From assembly GCA_964016885.1 (NCBI GenBank), contig OZ024747.1:49352001-49416000 (forward strand): DNA of 64,000 nucleotides, written 5' to 3'. A model generated the notes under the pieces. That model saw only the letters and a program-made list of their open reading frames with translations. It did no database searches and had not been told where the DNA came from. Shown here piece after piece: positions 32,401 to 48,586 of this stretch. The translations under genes were made by a program, and so were the position numbers. Source of the stretch: Eledone cirrhosa (Eukaryota). Every line of letters begins with the position of its first letter. Position 1 is the stretch's first letter.

Positions 32401-35400
32401 ACACACTGGCTACTACAGCCACACACTGGCTACTACACACACTGGCTACTACAGCCACACACTGGCTACTACAGCCACACACTGGCTACTACACACACTG
32501 GCTACTACACATACTGGCTACTACAGCCAGACACTGGCTACTACACATACTGGCTACTACAGCCACACACTGGCTACTACAGCCACACACTGGCTACTAC
32601 ACATACTGGCTACTACAGCCACACACTGGCTACTACACATACTGACTACTACACATACTGACTACTACACATACTGGCTACTACACATACTGGCTACTAC
32701 ACATACTGGCTACTACACACACTGGCTACTACAGCCACACACTGGCTACTACACACACTGGCTACTACAGCCACACACTGGCTACTACACACACTGGCTA
32801 CTACAGCCACACACTGGCTACTACACACACTGGCTACTACAGCCACACACTGGCTACTACACACACTGGCTACTACAGCCACACACTGGCTACTACACAT
32901 ACTGGCTACTACAGCCACACACTGGCTACTACACATACTGGCCACTACACACACTGGCTACTACAGCCACACACTGGCTACTACACACACTGGCTACTAC
33001 AGCCACACACTGGCTACTACACACACTGGCTACTACACACACTGGCTACTACAGCCACACACTGGCTACTACACACACTGGCTACTACACACACTGGCTA
33101 CTACAGCCACACACTGGCTACTACACACACTGGCTACTACAGCCACACACTGGCTACTACACACACTGGCTACTACAGCCACACACTGGCTACTACACAC
33201 ACTGGCTACTACAGCCACACACTGGCTACTACACACACTGGCTACTACACACACTGGCTACTACACACACTGGCTACTACAGCCACACACTGGCTACTAC
33301 ACACACTGGCTACTACAGCCACACACTGGCTACTACACATACTGGCTACTACACACACTGGCTACTACAGCCACACACTGGCTACTACACACACTGGCTA
33401 CTACACACACTGGCTACTACAGCCACACACTGGCTACTACACACACTGGCTACTACAGCCACACACTGGCTACTACACATACTGGCTACTACAGCCACAC
33501 ACTGGCTACTACACATACTGACTACTACAGCCACACACTGGCTACTACACATACTGGCTACTACACACACTGGCTACTACAGCCACACACTGGCTACTAC
33601 ACACACTGGCTACTACAGCCACACACTGGCTACTACACACACTGGCTACTACACACACTGGCTACTACAGCCACACACTGGCTACTACACACACTGGCTA
33701 CTACACACACTGGCTACTACAGCCACACACTGGCTACTACACACACTGGCTACTACAGCCACACACTGGCTACTACACACACTGGCTACTACAGCCACAC
33801 ACTGGCTACTACACACACTGGCTACTACAGCCACACACTGGCTACTACACACACTGGCTACTACAGCCACACACTGGCTACTACACACACTGGCTACTAC
33901 AGCCACACACTGGCTACTACACATACTGGCTACTACACACACTGGCTACTACAGCCACACACTGGCTACTACACACACTGGCTACTACAGCCACACACTG
34001 GCTACTACACACACTGGCTACTACAGCCACACACTGGCTACTACACACACTGACTACTACAGCCACACACTGGCTACTACACATACTGACTACTACAGCC
34101 ACACACTGGCTACTACACATACTGACTACTACAGCCACACACTGGCTACTACACACACTGACTACTACAGCCACACACTGGCTACTACACACACTGACTA
34201 CTACAGCCACACACTGGCTACTACAGCCACACACTGGCTACTACAGCCACACACTGGCTACTACAGCCACACACTGGCTACTACACACACTGGCTACTAC
34301 ACACACTGACTACTACAGCCACACACTGGCTACTACACATACTGGCTACTACGGCCACACACTGGCTACTACACACACTGGCTACTACAGCCACACACTG
34401 GCTTCTACACACACTGACTACTACAGCCACACACTGGCTACTACACACACTGACTACTACAGCCACACACTGGCTACTACACACACTGGCTACTACACAC
34501 ACTGGCTACTACACACACTGACTACTACAGCCACACACTGGCTACTACACACACTGGCTACTACACACACTGGCTACTACACACACTGACTACTACAGCC
34601 ACACACTGGCTACTACACACACTGGCTACTACACACACTGGCTACTACAGCCACACACTGGCTACTACACACACTGACTACTACAGCCACACACTGGCTA
34701 CTACACATACTGGCTACTACAGCCACACACTGGCTACTACACACACTGGCTACTACAGCCACACACTGGCTACTACACATACTGACTACTACAGCCACAC
34801 ACTGGCTACTACACACACTGGCTACTACAGCCACACACTGGCTACTACACACACTGGCTACTACAGCCACACACTGGCTACTACACATACTGGCTACTAC
34901 ACACACTGGCTACTACAGCCACACACTGGCTACTACACACACTGGCTACTACAGCCACACACTGGCTACTACACACACTGGCTACTACAGCCACACACTG
35001 GCTACTACACACACTGACTACTACAGCCACACACTGGCTACTACATATACTGGCTACTACAGCCACACACTGGCTACTACACACACTGGCTACTACTGCC
35101 ACACACTGGCTACTACACACACTGGCTACTACAGCCACACACTGGCTACTACACACACTGGCTACTACAGCCACACACTGGCTACTACACACACTGGCTA
35201 CTACAGCCACACACTGGCTACTACACACACTGGCTACTACAGCCACACACTGGCTACTACAGCCACACACTGGCTACTACAGCCACACACTGGCTACTAC
35301 ACATACTGGCTACTACAGCCACACACTGGCTACTACATATACTGGCTACTACAGCCACACACTGGCTACTACACACACTGGCTACTACACACACTGGCTA

Positions 35401-38400
35401 CTACAGCCACACACTGGCTACTACACATACTGGCTACTACAGCCACACACTGGCTACTACAGCCACACACTGGCTACTACAGCCACACACTGGCTACTAC
35501 ACATACTGGCTACTACAGCCACACACTGGCTACTACACACACTGGCTACTACAGCCACACACTGGCTACTACACATACTGGCTACTACAGCCACACACTG
35601 GCTACTACACATACTGGCTACTACAGCCACACACTGGCTACTACACACACTGGCTACTACAGCCACACACTGGCTACTACACACACTGACTACTACAGCC
35701 ACACACTGGCTACTACACATACTGACTACTACAGCCATACACTGGCTACTACATATACTGGCTACTACACACACTGGCTACTACACACACTGGCTATTAC
35801 AGCCACACACTGGCTACTACACACACTGGCTACTACAGCCACACACTGGCTACTACAGCCACACACTGGCTACTACACATACTGACTACTACACACACTG
35901 ACTACTACAGCCACACACTGGCTACTACAGCCACACACTGGCTACTACAGCCACACACTGGCTACTACATATACTGGCTACTACAGCCACACACTGGCTA
36001 CTACACACACTGGCTACTACACACACTGGCTACTACAGCCACACACTGGCTACTACACATACTGGCTACTACAGCCACACACTGGCTACTACAGCCACAC
36101 ACTGGCTACTACAGCCACACACTGGCTACTACACATACTGGCTACTACAGCCACACACTGGCTACTACACACACTGGCTACTACAGCCACACACTGGCTA
36201 CTACACATACTGGCTACTACAGCCACACACTGGCTACTACACATACTGGCTACTACAGCCACACACTGGCTACTACACACACTGGCTACTACAGCCACAC
36301 ACTGGCTACTACACACACTGACTACTACAGCCACACACTGGCTACTACACATACTGACTACTACAGCCATACACTGGCTACTACATATACTGGCTACTAC
36401 ACACACTGGCTACTACACACACTGGCTATTACAGCCACACACTGGCTACTACACACACTGGCTACTACAGCCACACACTGGCTACTACAGCCACACACTG
36501 GCTACTACACATACTGACTACTACACACACTGACTACTACAGCCACACACTGGCTACTACAGCCACACACTGGCTACTACAGCCACACACTGGCTACTAC
36601 ACATACTGACTACTACAGCCACACACTGGCTACTACACACACTGGCTACTACAGCCACACACTGGCTACTACAGCCACACACTGGCTACTACACACACTG
36701 GCTACTACACACACTGGCTACTACACACACTGGCTACTACACATACTGACTACTACAGCCACACACTGGCTACTACACACACTGGCTACTACACACACTG
36801 ACTACTACAGCCACACACTGGCTACTACACACACTGGCTACTACAGCCACACACTGGCTACTACACACACTGGCTACTACAGCCACACACTGGCTACTAC
36901 ACACACTGACTACTACAGCCACACACTGGCTACTACATATACTGGCTACTACAGCCACACACTGGCTACTACACACACTGACTACTACAGCCACACACTG
37001 GCTACTACACACACTGGCTACTACACACACTGGCTACTACAGCCACACACTGGCTACTACACACACTGACTACTACAGCCACACACTGGCTACTACACAC
37101 ACTGACTACTACAGCCACACACTGGCTACTACAGCCACACACTGGCTACTACACATACTGACTACTACAGCCACACACTGGCTACTACACACACTGGCTA
37201 CTACACACACTGACTACTACAGCCACACACTGGCTACTACACACACTGACTACTACAGCCACACACTGGCTACTACAGCCACACACTGGCTACTACACAT
37301 ACTGACTACTACAGCCACACACTGGCTACTACACACACTGGCTACTACACACACTGGCTACTACACACACTGACTACTACAGCCACACACTGGCTACTAC
37401 ACACACTGGCTACTACACACACTGGCTACTACACACACTGACTACTACAGCCACACACTGGCTACTACACACACTGACTACTACAGCCACACACTGGCTA
37501 CTACACACACTGGCTACTACACACACTGGCTACTACACACACTGACTACTACAGCCACACACTGGCTACTACACACACTGGCTACTACACACACTGGCTA
37601 CTACACATACTGACTACTACAGCCACACACTGGCTACTACACACACTGGCTACTACACACACTGGCTACTACACACACTGACTACTACAGCCACACACTG
37701 GCTACTACACATACTGGCTACTACAGCCACACACTGGCTACTACACACACTGGCTACTACACACACTGACTACTACAGCCACACACTGGCTACTACACAC
37801 ACTGGCTACTACAGCCACACACTGGCTACTACACACACTGGCTACTACACATACTGACTACTACAGCCACACACTGGCTACTACAGCCACACACTGGCTA
37901 CTACACACACTGGCTACTACAGCCACACACTGGCTACTACACACACTGGCTACTACACACACTGGCTACTACAGCCACACACTGGCTACTACACACACTG
38001 GCTACTACACACACTGGCTACTACAGCCACACACTGGCTACTACACACACTGGCTACTACAGCCACACACTGGCTACTACACATACTGGCTACTACAGCC
38101 ACACACTGGCTACTACACACACTGGCTACTACACACACTGGCTACTACAGCCACACACTGGCTACTACAGCCACACACTGGCTACTACACACACTGGCTA
38201 CTACAGCCACACACTGGCTACTACACACACTGGCTACTACACACACTGGCTACTACAGCCACACACTGGCTACTACACATACTGGCTACTACAGCCACAC
38301 ACTGGCTACTACACATACTGGCTACTACAGCCACACACTGGCTACTACACACACTGGCTACTACAGCCACACACTGGCTACTACACACACTGGCTACTAC

Positions 38401-41400
38401 ACACACTGGCTACTACAGCCACACACTGGCTACTACACACACTGGCTACTACACACACTGGCTACTACAGCCACACACTGGCTACTACACACACTGGCTA
38501 CTACAGCCACACACTGGCTACTACACACACTGGCTACTACACACACTGGCTACTACAGCCACACACTGGCTACTACACACACTGGCTACTACAGCCACAC
38601 ACTGGCTACTACACATACTGGCTACTACATACACTGGCTACTACAGCCACACACTGGCTACTACACACACTGGCTACTACACACACTGGCTACTACACAC
38701 ACTGGCTACTACACACACTGGCTACTACACACACTGGCTACTACAGCCACACACTGGCTACTACACACACTGACTACTACAGCCACACACTGGCTACTAC
38801 ACACACTGACTACTACAGCCACACACTGGCTACTACAGCCACACACTGGCTACTACACATACTGACTACTACAGCCACACACTGGCTACTACACACACTG
38901 GCTACTACACACACTGACTACTACAGCCACACACTGGCTACTACACACACTGACTACTACAGCCACACACTGGCTACTAAACACACTGGCTACTACACAC
39001 ACTGGCTACTACACACACTGACTACTACAGCCACACACTGGCTACTACACACACTGGCTACTACACACACTGGCTACTACACATACTGACTACTACAGCC
39101 ACAGACTGGCTACTACACACACTGGCTACTACACACACTGGCTACTACACACACTGACTACTACAGCCACACACTGGCTACTACACATACTGGCTACTAC
39201 AGCCACACACTGGCTACTACACACACTGGCTACTACACACACTGACTACTACAGCCACACACTGGCTACTACACACACTGGCTACTACAGCCACACACTG
39301 GCTACTACACACACTGGCTACTACACATACTGACTACTACAGCCACACACTGGCTACTACACACACTGACTACTACAGCCACACACTGGCTACTACACAC
39401 ACTGGCTACTACAGCCACACACTGGCTACTACACACACTGGCTACTACACACACTGGCTACTACAGCCACACACTGGCTACTACACACACTGGCTACTAC
39501 ACACACTGGCTACTACAGCCACACACTGGCTACTACACACACTGGCTACTACAGCCACACACTGGCTACTACACATACTGGCTACTACAGCCACACACTG
39601 GCTACTACACACACTGGCTACTACACACACTGGCTACTACAGCCACACACTGGCTACTACACACACTGGCTACTACAGCCACACACTGGCTACTACACAC
39701 ACTGGCTACTACAGCCACACACTGGCTACTACACATACTGGCTACCACAGCCACACACTGGCTACTACACACACTGGCTACTACACACACTGGCTACTAC
39801 AGCCACACACTGGCTACTACACATACTGGCTACTACAGCCACACACTGGCTACTACACACACTGGCTACTACACACACTGGCTACTACACACACTGGCTA
39901 CTACACATACTGGCTACTACAGCCACACACTGGCTACTACACATACTGGCTACTACATACACTGGCTACTACAGCCACACACTGGCTACTACACACACTG
40001 GCTACTACACATACTGGCTACTACACACACTGGCTACTACACACACTGGCTACTACAGCCACACACTGGCTACTACACATACTGGCTACTACACACACTG
40101 GCTACTACACACACTGGCTACTACAGCCACACACTGGCTACTACACATACTGGCTACTACAGCCACACACTGGCTACTACACATACTGGCTACTACATAC
40201 ACTGGCTACTACACATACTGGCTACTACACACACTGGCTACTACACACACTGGCTACTACACACACTGGCTACTACACACACTGGCTACTACACATACTG
40301 GCTACTACAGCCACACACTGGCTACTACATACACTGGCTACTACACACACTGGCTACTACACACACTGGCTACTACAGCCACACACTGGCTACTACACAC
40401 ACTGGCTACTACAGCCACACACTGGCTACTACACATACTGACTACTACAGCCACACACTGGCTACTACACATACTGGCTACTACACACACTGGCTACTAC
40501 ACATACTGGCTACTACAGCCACACACTGGCTACTACACATACTGGCTACTACATACACTGGCTACTACACATACTGGCTACTACACACACTGGCTACTAC
40601 ACACACTGGCTACTACACACACTGGCTACTACACATACTGGCTACTACAGCCACACACTGGCTACTACACATACTGGCTACTACATACACTGGCTACTAC
40701 ACATACTGGCTACTACACACACTGGCTACTACACACACTGGCTACTACACACACTGGCTACTACACATACTGGCTACTACACACACTGGCTACTACACAT
40801 ACTGACTACTACAGCCACACACTGGCTACTACACACACTGGCTACTACAGCCACACACTGGCTACTACACATACTGGCTACTACAGCCACACACTGGCTA
40901 CTACACATACTGACTACTACAGCCACACACTGGCTACTACACATACTGGCTACTACACACACTGGCTACTACACATACTGGCTACTACAGCCACACACTG
41001 GCTACTACACATACTGGCTACTACATACACTGGCTACTACACATACTGGCTACTACACACACTGGCTACTACACACACTGGCTACTACACACACTGGCTA
41101 CTACACACACTGGCTACTACACATACTGGCTACTACATACACTGGCTACTACACACACTGGCTACTACAGCCACACACTGGCTACTACAGCCACACACTG
41201 GCTACTACACATACTGGCTACTACACATACTGACTACTACAGCCACACACTGGCTACTACACATACTGGCTACTACACATACTGGCTACTACACATACTG
41301 GCTACTACACATACTGGCTACTACACATACTGGCTACTACACACACTGGCTACTACACACACTGACTACTACACACACTGGCTACTACACACACTGGCTA

Positions 41401-44400
41401 CTACACACACTGGCTACTACACATACTGGCTACTACAGCCACACACTGGCTACTACACATACTGGCTACTACAGCCACACACTGGCTACTACACATACTG
41501 GCTACTACACACACTGGCTACTACACACACTGGCTACTACACATACTGGCTACTACACACACTGGCTACTACACACACTGGCTACTACATACACTGGCTA
41601 CTACACACACTGGCTACTACACACACTGGCTACTACACATACTGGCTACTACACACACTGGCTACTACACACACTGGCTACTACACACACTGGCTACTAC
41701 ACACACTGGCTACTACACACACTGGCTACTACAGCCACACACTGGCTACTACACATGCTGACTACTACATACACTGGCTACTACACATACTGGCTACTAC
41801 ACACACTGGCTACTACAGCCACACACTGGCTACTACACATACTGACTACTACATACACTGGCTACTACACACACTGGCTACTACACACACTGGCTACTAC
41901 ACACACTGGCTACTACACACACTGGCTACTACAGCCACACACTGGCTACTACACATACTGGCTACTACACACACTGGCTACTACACATACTGGCTACTAC
42001 ACACACTGGCTACTACACACACTGGCTACTACACACACTGGCTACTACACACACTGGCTACTACACACACTGGCTACTACACACACTGGCTACTACAGCC
42101 ACACACTGGCTACTACACACACTGGCTACTACATACACTGGCTACTACACATACTGGCTACTACACACACTGGCTACTACACACACTGGCTACTACAGCC
42201 ACACACTGGCTACTACACACACTGGCTACTACACACACTGGCTACTACAGCCACACACTGGCTACTACACATACTGGCTACTACAGCCACACACTGGCTA
42301 CTACACACACTGGCTACTACATACACTGGCTACTACACACACTGGCTACTACACACACTGGCTACTACACACACTGGCTACTACATACACTGGCTACTAC
42401 ACACACTGGCTACTACACACACTGGCTACTACACACACTGGCTACTACACACACTGGCTACTACAGCCACACACTGGCTACTACACACACTGGCTACTAC
42501 AGCCACACACTGGCTACTACACACACTGGCTACTACAGCCACATACTGGCTACTACACATACTGACTACTACACACACTGGCTACTACACATACTGGCTA
42601 CTACACACACTGGCTACTACATATACTGGCTACTACAGCCACACACTGGCTACTACACACACTGGCTACTACAGCCACACACTGGCTACTACACATACTG
42701 GCTACTACAGCCACACACTGGCTACTACACACACTGGCTACTACAGCCACATACTGGCTACTACAGCCACACACTGGCTACTACACACACTGGCTACTAC
42801 AGCCACACACTGGCTACTACACATACTGGCTACTACACATACTGGCTACTACACACACTGGCTACTACACATACTGACTACTACACACACTGGCTACTAC
42901 ACATACTGGCTACTACACACACTGGCTACTACACATACTGGCTACTACAGCCACACACTGGCTACTACACACACTGGCTACTACATATACTGACTACTAC
43001 AGCCACACACTGGCTACTACACATACTGGCTACTACACACACTGGCTACTACATATACTGACTACTACAGCCACACACTGGCTACTACACATACTGGCTA
43101 CTACACACACTGGCTACTACACATACTGGCTACTACACACACTGGCTACTACATATACTGGCTACTACAGCCACACACTGGCTACTACACACACTGGCTA
43201 CTACATACACTGGCTACTACAGCCACACACTGGCTACTACACACACTGGCTACTACATATACTGGCTACTACAGCCACACACTGGCTACTACACACACTG
43301 GCTACTACACACACTGGCTACTACAGCCACACACTGGCTACTACACACACTGGCTACTACATACACTGGCTACTACACACACTGGCTACTACACACACTG
43401 GCTACTACACACACTGGCTACTACAGCCACACACTGGCTACTACACACACTGGCTACTACACACACTGGCTACTACACATACTGGCTACTACAGCCACAC
43501 ACTGGCTACTACACACACTGGCTACTACAGCCACACACTGGCTACTACACATACTGGCTACTACACACACTGGCTACTACACATACTGGCTACTACACAC
43601 ACTGGCTACTACACATACTGGCTACTACAGCCACACACTGGCTACTACACACACTGGCTACTCCAGCCACACACTGGCTACTACACACACTGGCTACTAC
43701 ACACACTGGCTACTACACATACTGGCTACTACAGCCACACACTGGCTACTACACACACTGGCTACTACAGCCACACACTGGCTACTACACATACTGGCTA
43801 CTACACACACTGGCTACTACACACACTGGCTACTACACATACTGGCTACTACACACACTGGCTACTACACATACTGGCTACTACAGCCACACACTGGCTA
43901 CTACACATACTGACTACTACAGCCACACACTGGCTACTACACATACTGGCTACTACAGCCACACACTGGCTACTACACACACTGACTACTACAGCCACAC
44001 ACTGGCTACTACACACACTGGCTACTACACACACTGGCTACTACAGCCACACACTGGCTACTACACACACTGGCTACTACACATACTGACTACTACAGCC
44101 ACACACTGGCTACTACACATACTGGCTACTACACACACTGGCTACTACACATACTGACTACTACAGCCACACACTGGCTACTACACACACTGGCTACTAC
44201 AGCCACACACTGGCTACTACACACACTGACTACTACAGCCACACACTGGCTACTACACACACTGACTACTACAGCCACACACTGGCTACTACAGCCACAC
44301 ACTGGCTACTACACATACTGACTACTACAGCCACACACTGGCTACTACACACACTGGCTACTACAGCCACACACTGGCTACTACACACACTGACTACTAC

Positions 44401-45303
44401 AGCCACACACTGGCTACTACAGCCACACACTGGCTACTACAGCCACACACTGGCTACTACACACACTGACTACTACAGCCACACACTGGCTACTACACAC
44501 ACTGACTACTACAGCCACACACTGGCTACTACAGCCACACACTGGCTACTACACATACTGACTACTACAGCCACACACTGGCTACTACACACACTGGCTA
44601 CTACAGCCACACACTGGCTACTACACACACTGACTACTACAGCCACACACTGGCTACTACAGCCACACACTGGCTACTACACATACTGACTACTACAGCC
44701 ACACACTGGCTACTACACACACTGGCTACTACAGCCACACACTGGCTACTACACACACTGACTACTACAGCCACACACTGGCTACTACAGCCACACACTG
44801 GCTACTACACACACTGACTACTACAGCCACACACTGGCTACTACAGCCACACACTGGCTACTACAGCCACACACTGGCTACTACACACACTGGCTACTAC
44901 AGCCACACACTGGCTACTACACATACTGACTACTACAGCCACACACTGGCTACTACACACACTGGCTACTACAGCCACACACTGGCTACTACACACACTG
45001 ACTACTACAGCCACACACTGGCTACTACAGCCACACACTGACTACTACAGCCACACACTGACTACTACAGCCACACACTGGCTACTACACACACTGACTA
45101 CTACAGCCACACACTGGCTACTACAGCCACACACTGGCTACTACAGCCACACACTGGCTACTACAGCCACACACTGGCTACTACACATACTGGCTACTAC
45201 AGCCACACACTGGCTACTACACACACTGGCTACTACAGCCACACACTGGCTACTACACATACTGGCTACTACAGCCACACACTGGCTACTACACACACTG
45301 GCT
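26423..45303. repeat. ~18.9 kb intronic satellite of interleaved 16-bp (actggctactacacac) and 20-bp (actggctactacagccacac) units
   Basis: Read directly; explains all the HTLATT and VAVVASVCSSQC ORFs. Confidence 0.99.
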
Positions 45304-45610
45304 GTATATGTATAGACTTGTAACTCCTGGTGGAGTGGTAGGGGTGCTGTAGTGACATAGTGTTTCTTGGGTATTTTAAGCCTGGCAGAGCCCATACCCT
45401 CTCTAGATCTGAATATGGCCAATTTCTTAGATTAAGGAAAGATAGTGATAGAGAGGAAGTGAGAGATATAAAGGAAGAATGAGCACCAGTATTCTACTGG
45501 TACTTTTTTTTTATTTTAAGGAAAGAAGTTGATCTCGTGATTTGAACCAGAACAAATATTAAAAAATATTCTGACATTCTAACAACTCTGCCAATTTTCT
45601 GCCTAAACTG

Positions 45611-45888
45611 ACTGTATATATATTGTATATACCACTGTATATATACTGTGTATAGATAGCACTGTATATATACACTATATACCACTATATATACTATGTA
45701 TAGATAGCACTGTATATATACTGCTGTATATATAATGTATATACCACTGTATATATACTGTGTATAGATAGCACTGTGTATATACCACTGTATATATACT
45801 ATGTATAGATAGCACTGTATATATACTGCTGTATATATACTGTGTATAGATAGCACTGTGTATAGATGGCACTGTATGTAGATACTGT
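45611..45888. repeat. Degenerate tandem repeat built from actgtatatat and actgtgtatagatagc units
   Basis: Read directly. Confidence 0.85.
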
Positions 45889-46109
45889 TCCAGTGGTTAG
45901 TGTTCAACTCACAATCATAAACTCATGAGTTCAATTCCCAGCCTCACATTCACGGTACGTCATTTATTTCATGTTCTTTCAGTTAATTCCTAGAGAACTA
46001 CATTAGGAGTACATTGCTCAGTCCCTTGCATGTTATTTTCACGAGTCTGTTGCTCTGTTGATCAAACTGGAACACTCATAGTGTACTTTATCATTATAAC
46101 ATATATATA

Positions 46110-46235
46110 TTATTATTAAGGCTGGTACTATAATGAAGCTATACCAAGAACATATATTTCGTTAGGTTGAATCACCAACTTTTCAAAACGTATGTTCCTG
46201 GTGTGGCTTCGTTGTAGTACTGGCCTTAATAATAA
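46110..46235. repeat. Imperfect palindrome (52-bp arms) next to (TA)n, hammerhead 3' half
   Basis: ttattattaaggc...tttcg and caaaacg...gccttaataataa; arm consensus cGAAA-cgtatg-TT. Confidence 0.85.
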
Positions 46236-46301
46236 AACTCACTCTGAGTTGCTATCTTGGATGTTTGTGTTTCTGCCATGTTATTACCACTATATATATA
46301 T

Positions 46302-46632
46302 ATAGTTAAAGAATGAATAGTAACATGGTTGGCTGTACAATAAAGGCTTTATTTAAATTACTGACAATTCTTTCGTTGATCAGGTTAGTCTGGAGTTCAC
46401 TAATCGTTTGAGGTTGCGTCATTAGATCTCCAATACATTATTTACCTCTTGTCAACACATCTACGTACTCTGATGTGTTGACCAGAGGTAAATAATGTAT
46501 TGGAGATTGAATGACGTAACCTCAAGCGATTAGCGAACTCTAGACTCACCTGATCAATGAAACAATTGTCAGTACTTTAAATAAAACCCCTTATTGTACA
46601 GCCAACCATGTTATTCTTCATTCTTTAACTAT
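46302..46632. repeat. Imperfect palindrome (~160-bp arms)
   Basis: atagttaaagaatgaa...caacacatc, 10-nt spacer, gatgtgttg...ttcattctttaactat. Confidence 0.9.
46465..46575 (+). ncRNA. Hammerhead-like motif with extended stem II and variant core
   Basis: gtact-CTGATGT-gttgaccag...(64 nt)...ctgatcaat-GAAA-caattg-TC-agtac. Confidence 0.65.
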
Positions 46633-46802
46633 TATTACTCCAAGTATAACCTGCATAGAAATTACCGCGAACTCACTGCCTAACTATGGAAGCATCTTGT
46701 TGAGTTAAACAAAGCCGTACGTTAAAACTATCCACGAAGTAGAGTACTCACAACCTCTAACTGGATTACCTATAACGATAACTTGTTATCCCATATACAT
46801 AT

Positions 46803-48405
46803 ATCATCGTTTAATGTCCATTTTCCATTACTTCAAGGAAGAAGCCTGGGAATTGGGGACATATAGGGGTGGGATGATTACAGCAAGGGAGATGGTAGGG
46901 GAAGGTATTGCCTACTAGATATATGCCTCAGCTCGAGCATATGTGAGGGCAGGTGTTCTGTAATACTGTATAGTGCCAGAGGTGAAGGTCCTCTGTCATC
47001 GCTTTAATGAGGTGTAATTGAATAAGGTCAGCTTTTATTACTTAATCCCAAGTCTTCAACTTTGAGCGCTCTGCACCTTTTTATACAGCTGTCATCGTTC
47101 ATATACATCACATGACCATACCAATGCAATCTCCTCTCCTGCACACTGCATCTGATCCCTTTTATACCTAGTTTCTCTCGCAGCTCGTTTATGCTTCGCT
47201 GTTCGCGTATATTAATATTGCACATCCATCGAAGCATGGAGGCTTCATTCCTTTTCAATCTTCACAGGTCTTCTGCACCCAGCGCCCACTATTATTTAAT
47301 ATTGTCGTTCGTATACATGTATCATACAATCTGCCCTTCATTTTAAGGGAAAGACCTCCGGTAGCTAACAGCGGTATTAGCTCTCTGGACCCTCTCCATC
47401 CCATTCTTAATCTGGCAACCATTCTTTTGATACACCAGTTTCCACTGCTGATTTGGTCACTCAGGTCTCAGAAACTATCTACCACATCTACAGAGCCCTC
47501 TGGGCATTTGAAGGACATTGTATCCTGAGAGCTCTTGCTACTTACTGCCCCTGTGCACCAGCCTCATGTAAAACCTACGTTCTATGTTAGTCTGCCTGAG
47601 ATCCCACTACATCTCTTGTGTACTCATAGTTTGCATTTGTAACATAGGATGGAATTTCATTTCTACCTACTCCTTTTCTGTACACTAAGCAGAGCCATTT
47701 CTCTGAGGAGATCTGGGCTCTGTTTTCCTTTCTACTTACTAGAACTTTAGTCCTTACCAAGTTGACTTTAAGACCTTTTGATTCCACGCTGTGCTTTCAG
47801 GTTTGGAATTTCATCTTTAATTCAGCTATAAGGGTTAGGTCATCTGCATACAGAAGTTCCCATGGGCAGCCAGTCTTAAACTCTTGTTATAACCTGTAGA
47901 GTAATAATAAACTAGAGAGAGCTAAGAACTGAGCCTTGATGGACACCTACTTTTAAGCTAAATTCTTCACTATATTCATTGTTAATTCTAACCTTGCTGA
48001 CTGTTACTCTATACATAGCTTATACAGCTTTCACAAGCCACTCATCTACTGCTAGTTTTATAAGAGCCCACCAATGGGGGACTCTGTCAAAAGCTTTCTC
48101 TAGGTCAACAAAAACCAAGTAGAGTGGTATACTCCTAGTTACGTACTTCTCATGCAGTTGTCTTACAAGGAAGAGGGCATCTGTGGTACTTTTACCTGGC
48201 ACAAATCCAAACTTCATCTTATCTAGGCTAACTCATACCCTAATCAGCTGAGTTATGACTCTTTCGGTGACCTTCATAACATGGTCAACCAACTTGATGC
48301 CCCTGTAATTTTCTCTATTTAGAGCATCACATTTGTCCAGGTAGCACTTGACAATAATGCTGCTACACCAATCATTGGGTATGGCACCATTTTGTATAAC
48401 TTGGT
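46803..48405 (-). mobile_element. Decayed RTE LINE
   Basis: Broken minus-strand frames with NYRGIKLVDHVMKV, FVDLEKAFDRV, ESKGLKVNL, RRLHWYGHV; tail at about 46803. Confidence 0.9.
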
Positions 48406-48577
48406 TAATAATTGTTTCTACTTTAGGCACAAGGCCAGCAATTACCCAGTGCATTACTGGTACTTTATTTTATCGACCCCGTAAGGATGAAAGGCAAAGT
48501 CAACCTCGGCGGGATTTGAACTCAGATCGTAAAGGGACGTAACCATGCTGGAAAGCATGGCGTCCGACCCTCTACCG
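48406..48577 (-). mobile_element. SINE family 1
   Basis: Reverse complement of the 62195 copy. Confidence 0.85.
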
Positions 48578-48586
48578 CAGGAGACT

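Noticed and set aside
26402-45422. HTLATT and CSSQCVAVV repeat ORFs
   Set aside because: Frames of the 16/20-bp satellite; unit lengths are not multiples of 3 and frames shift arbitrarily.
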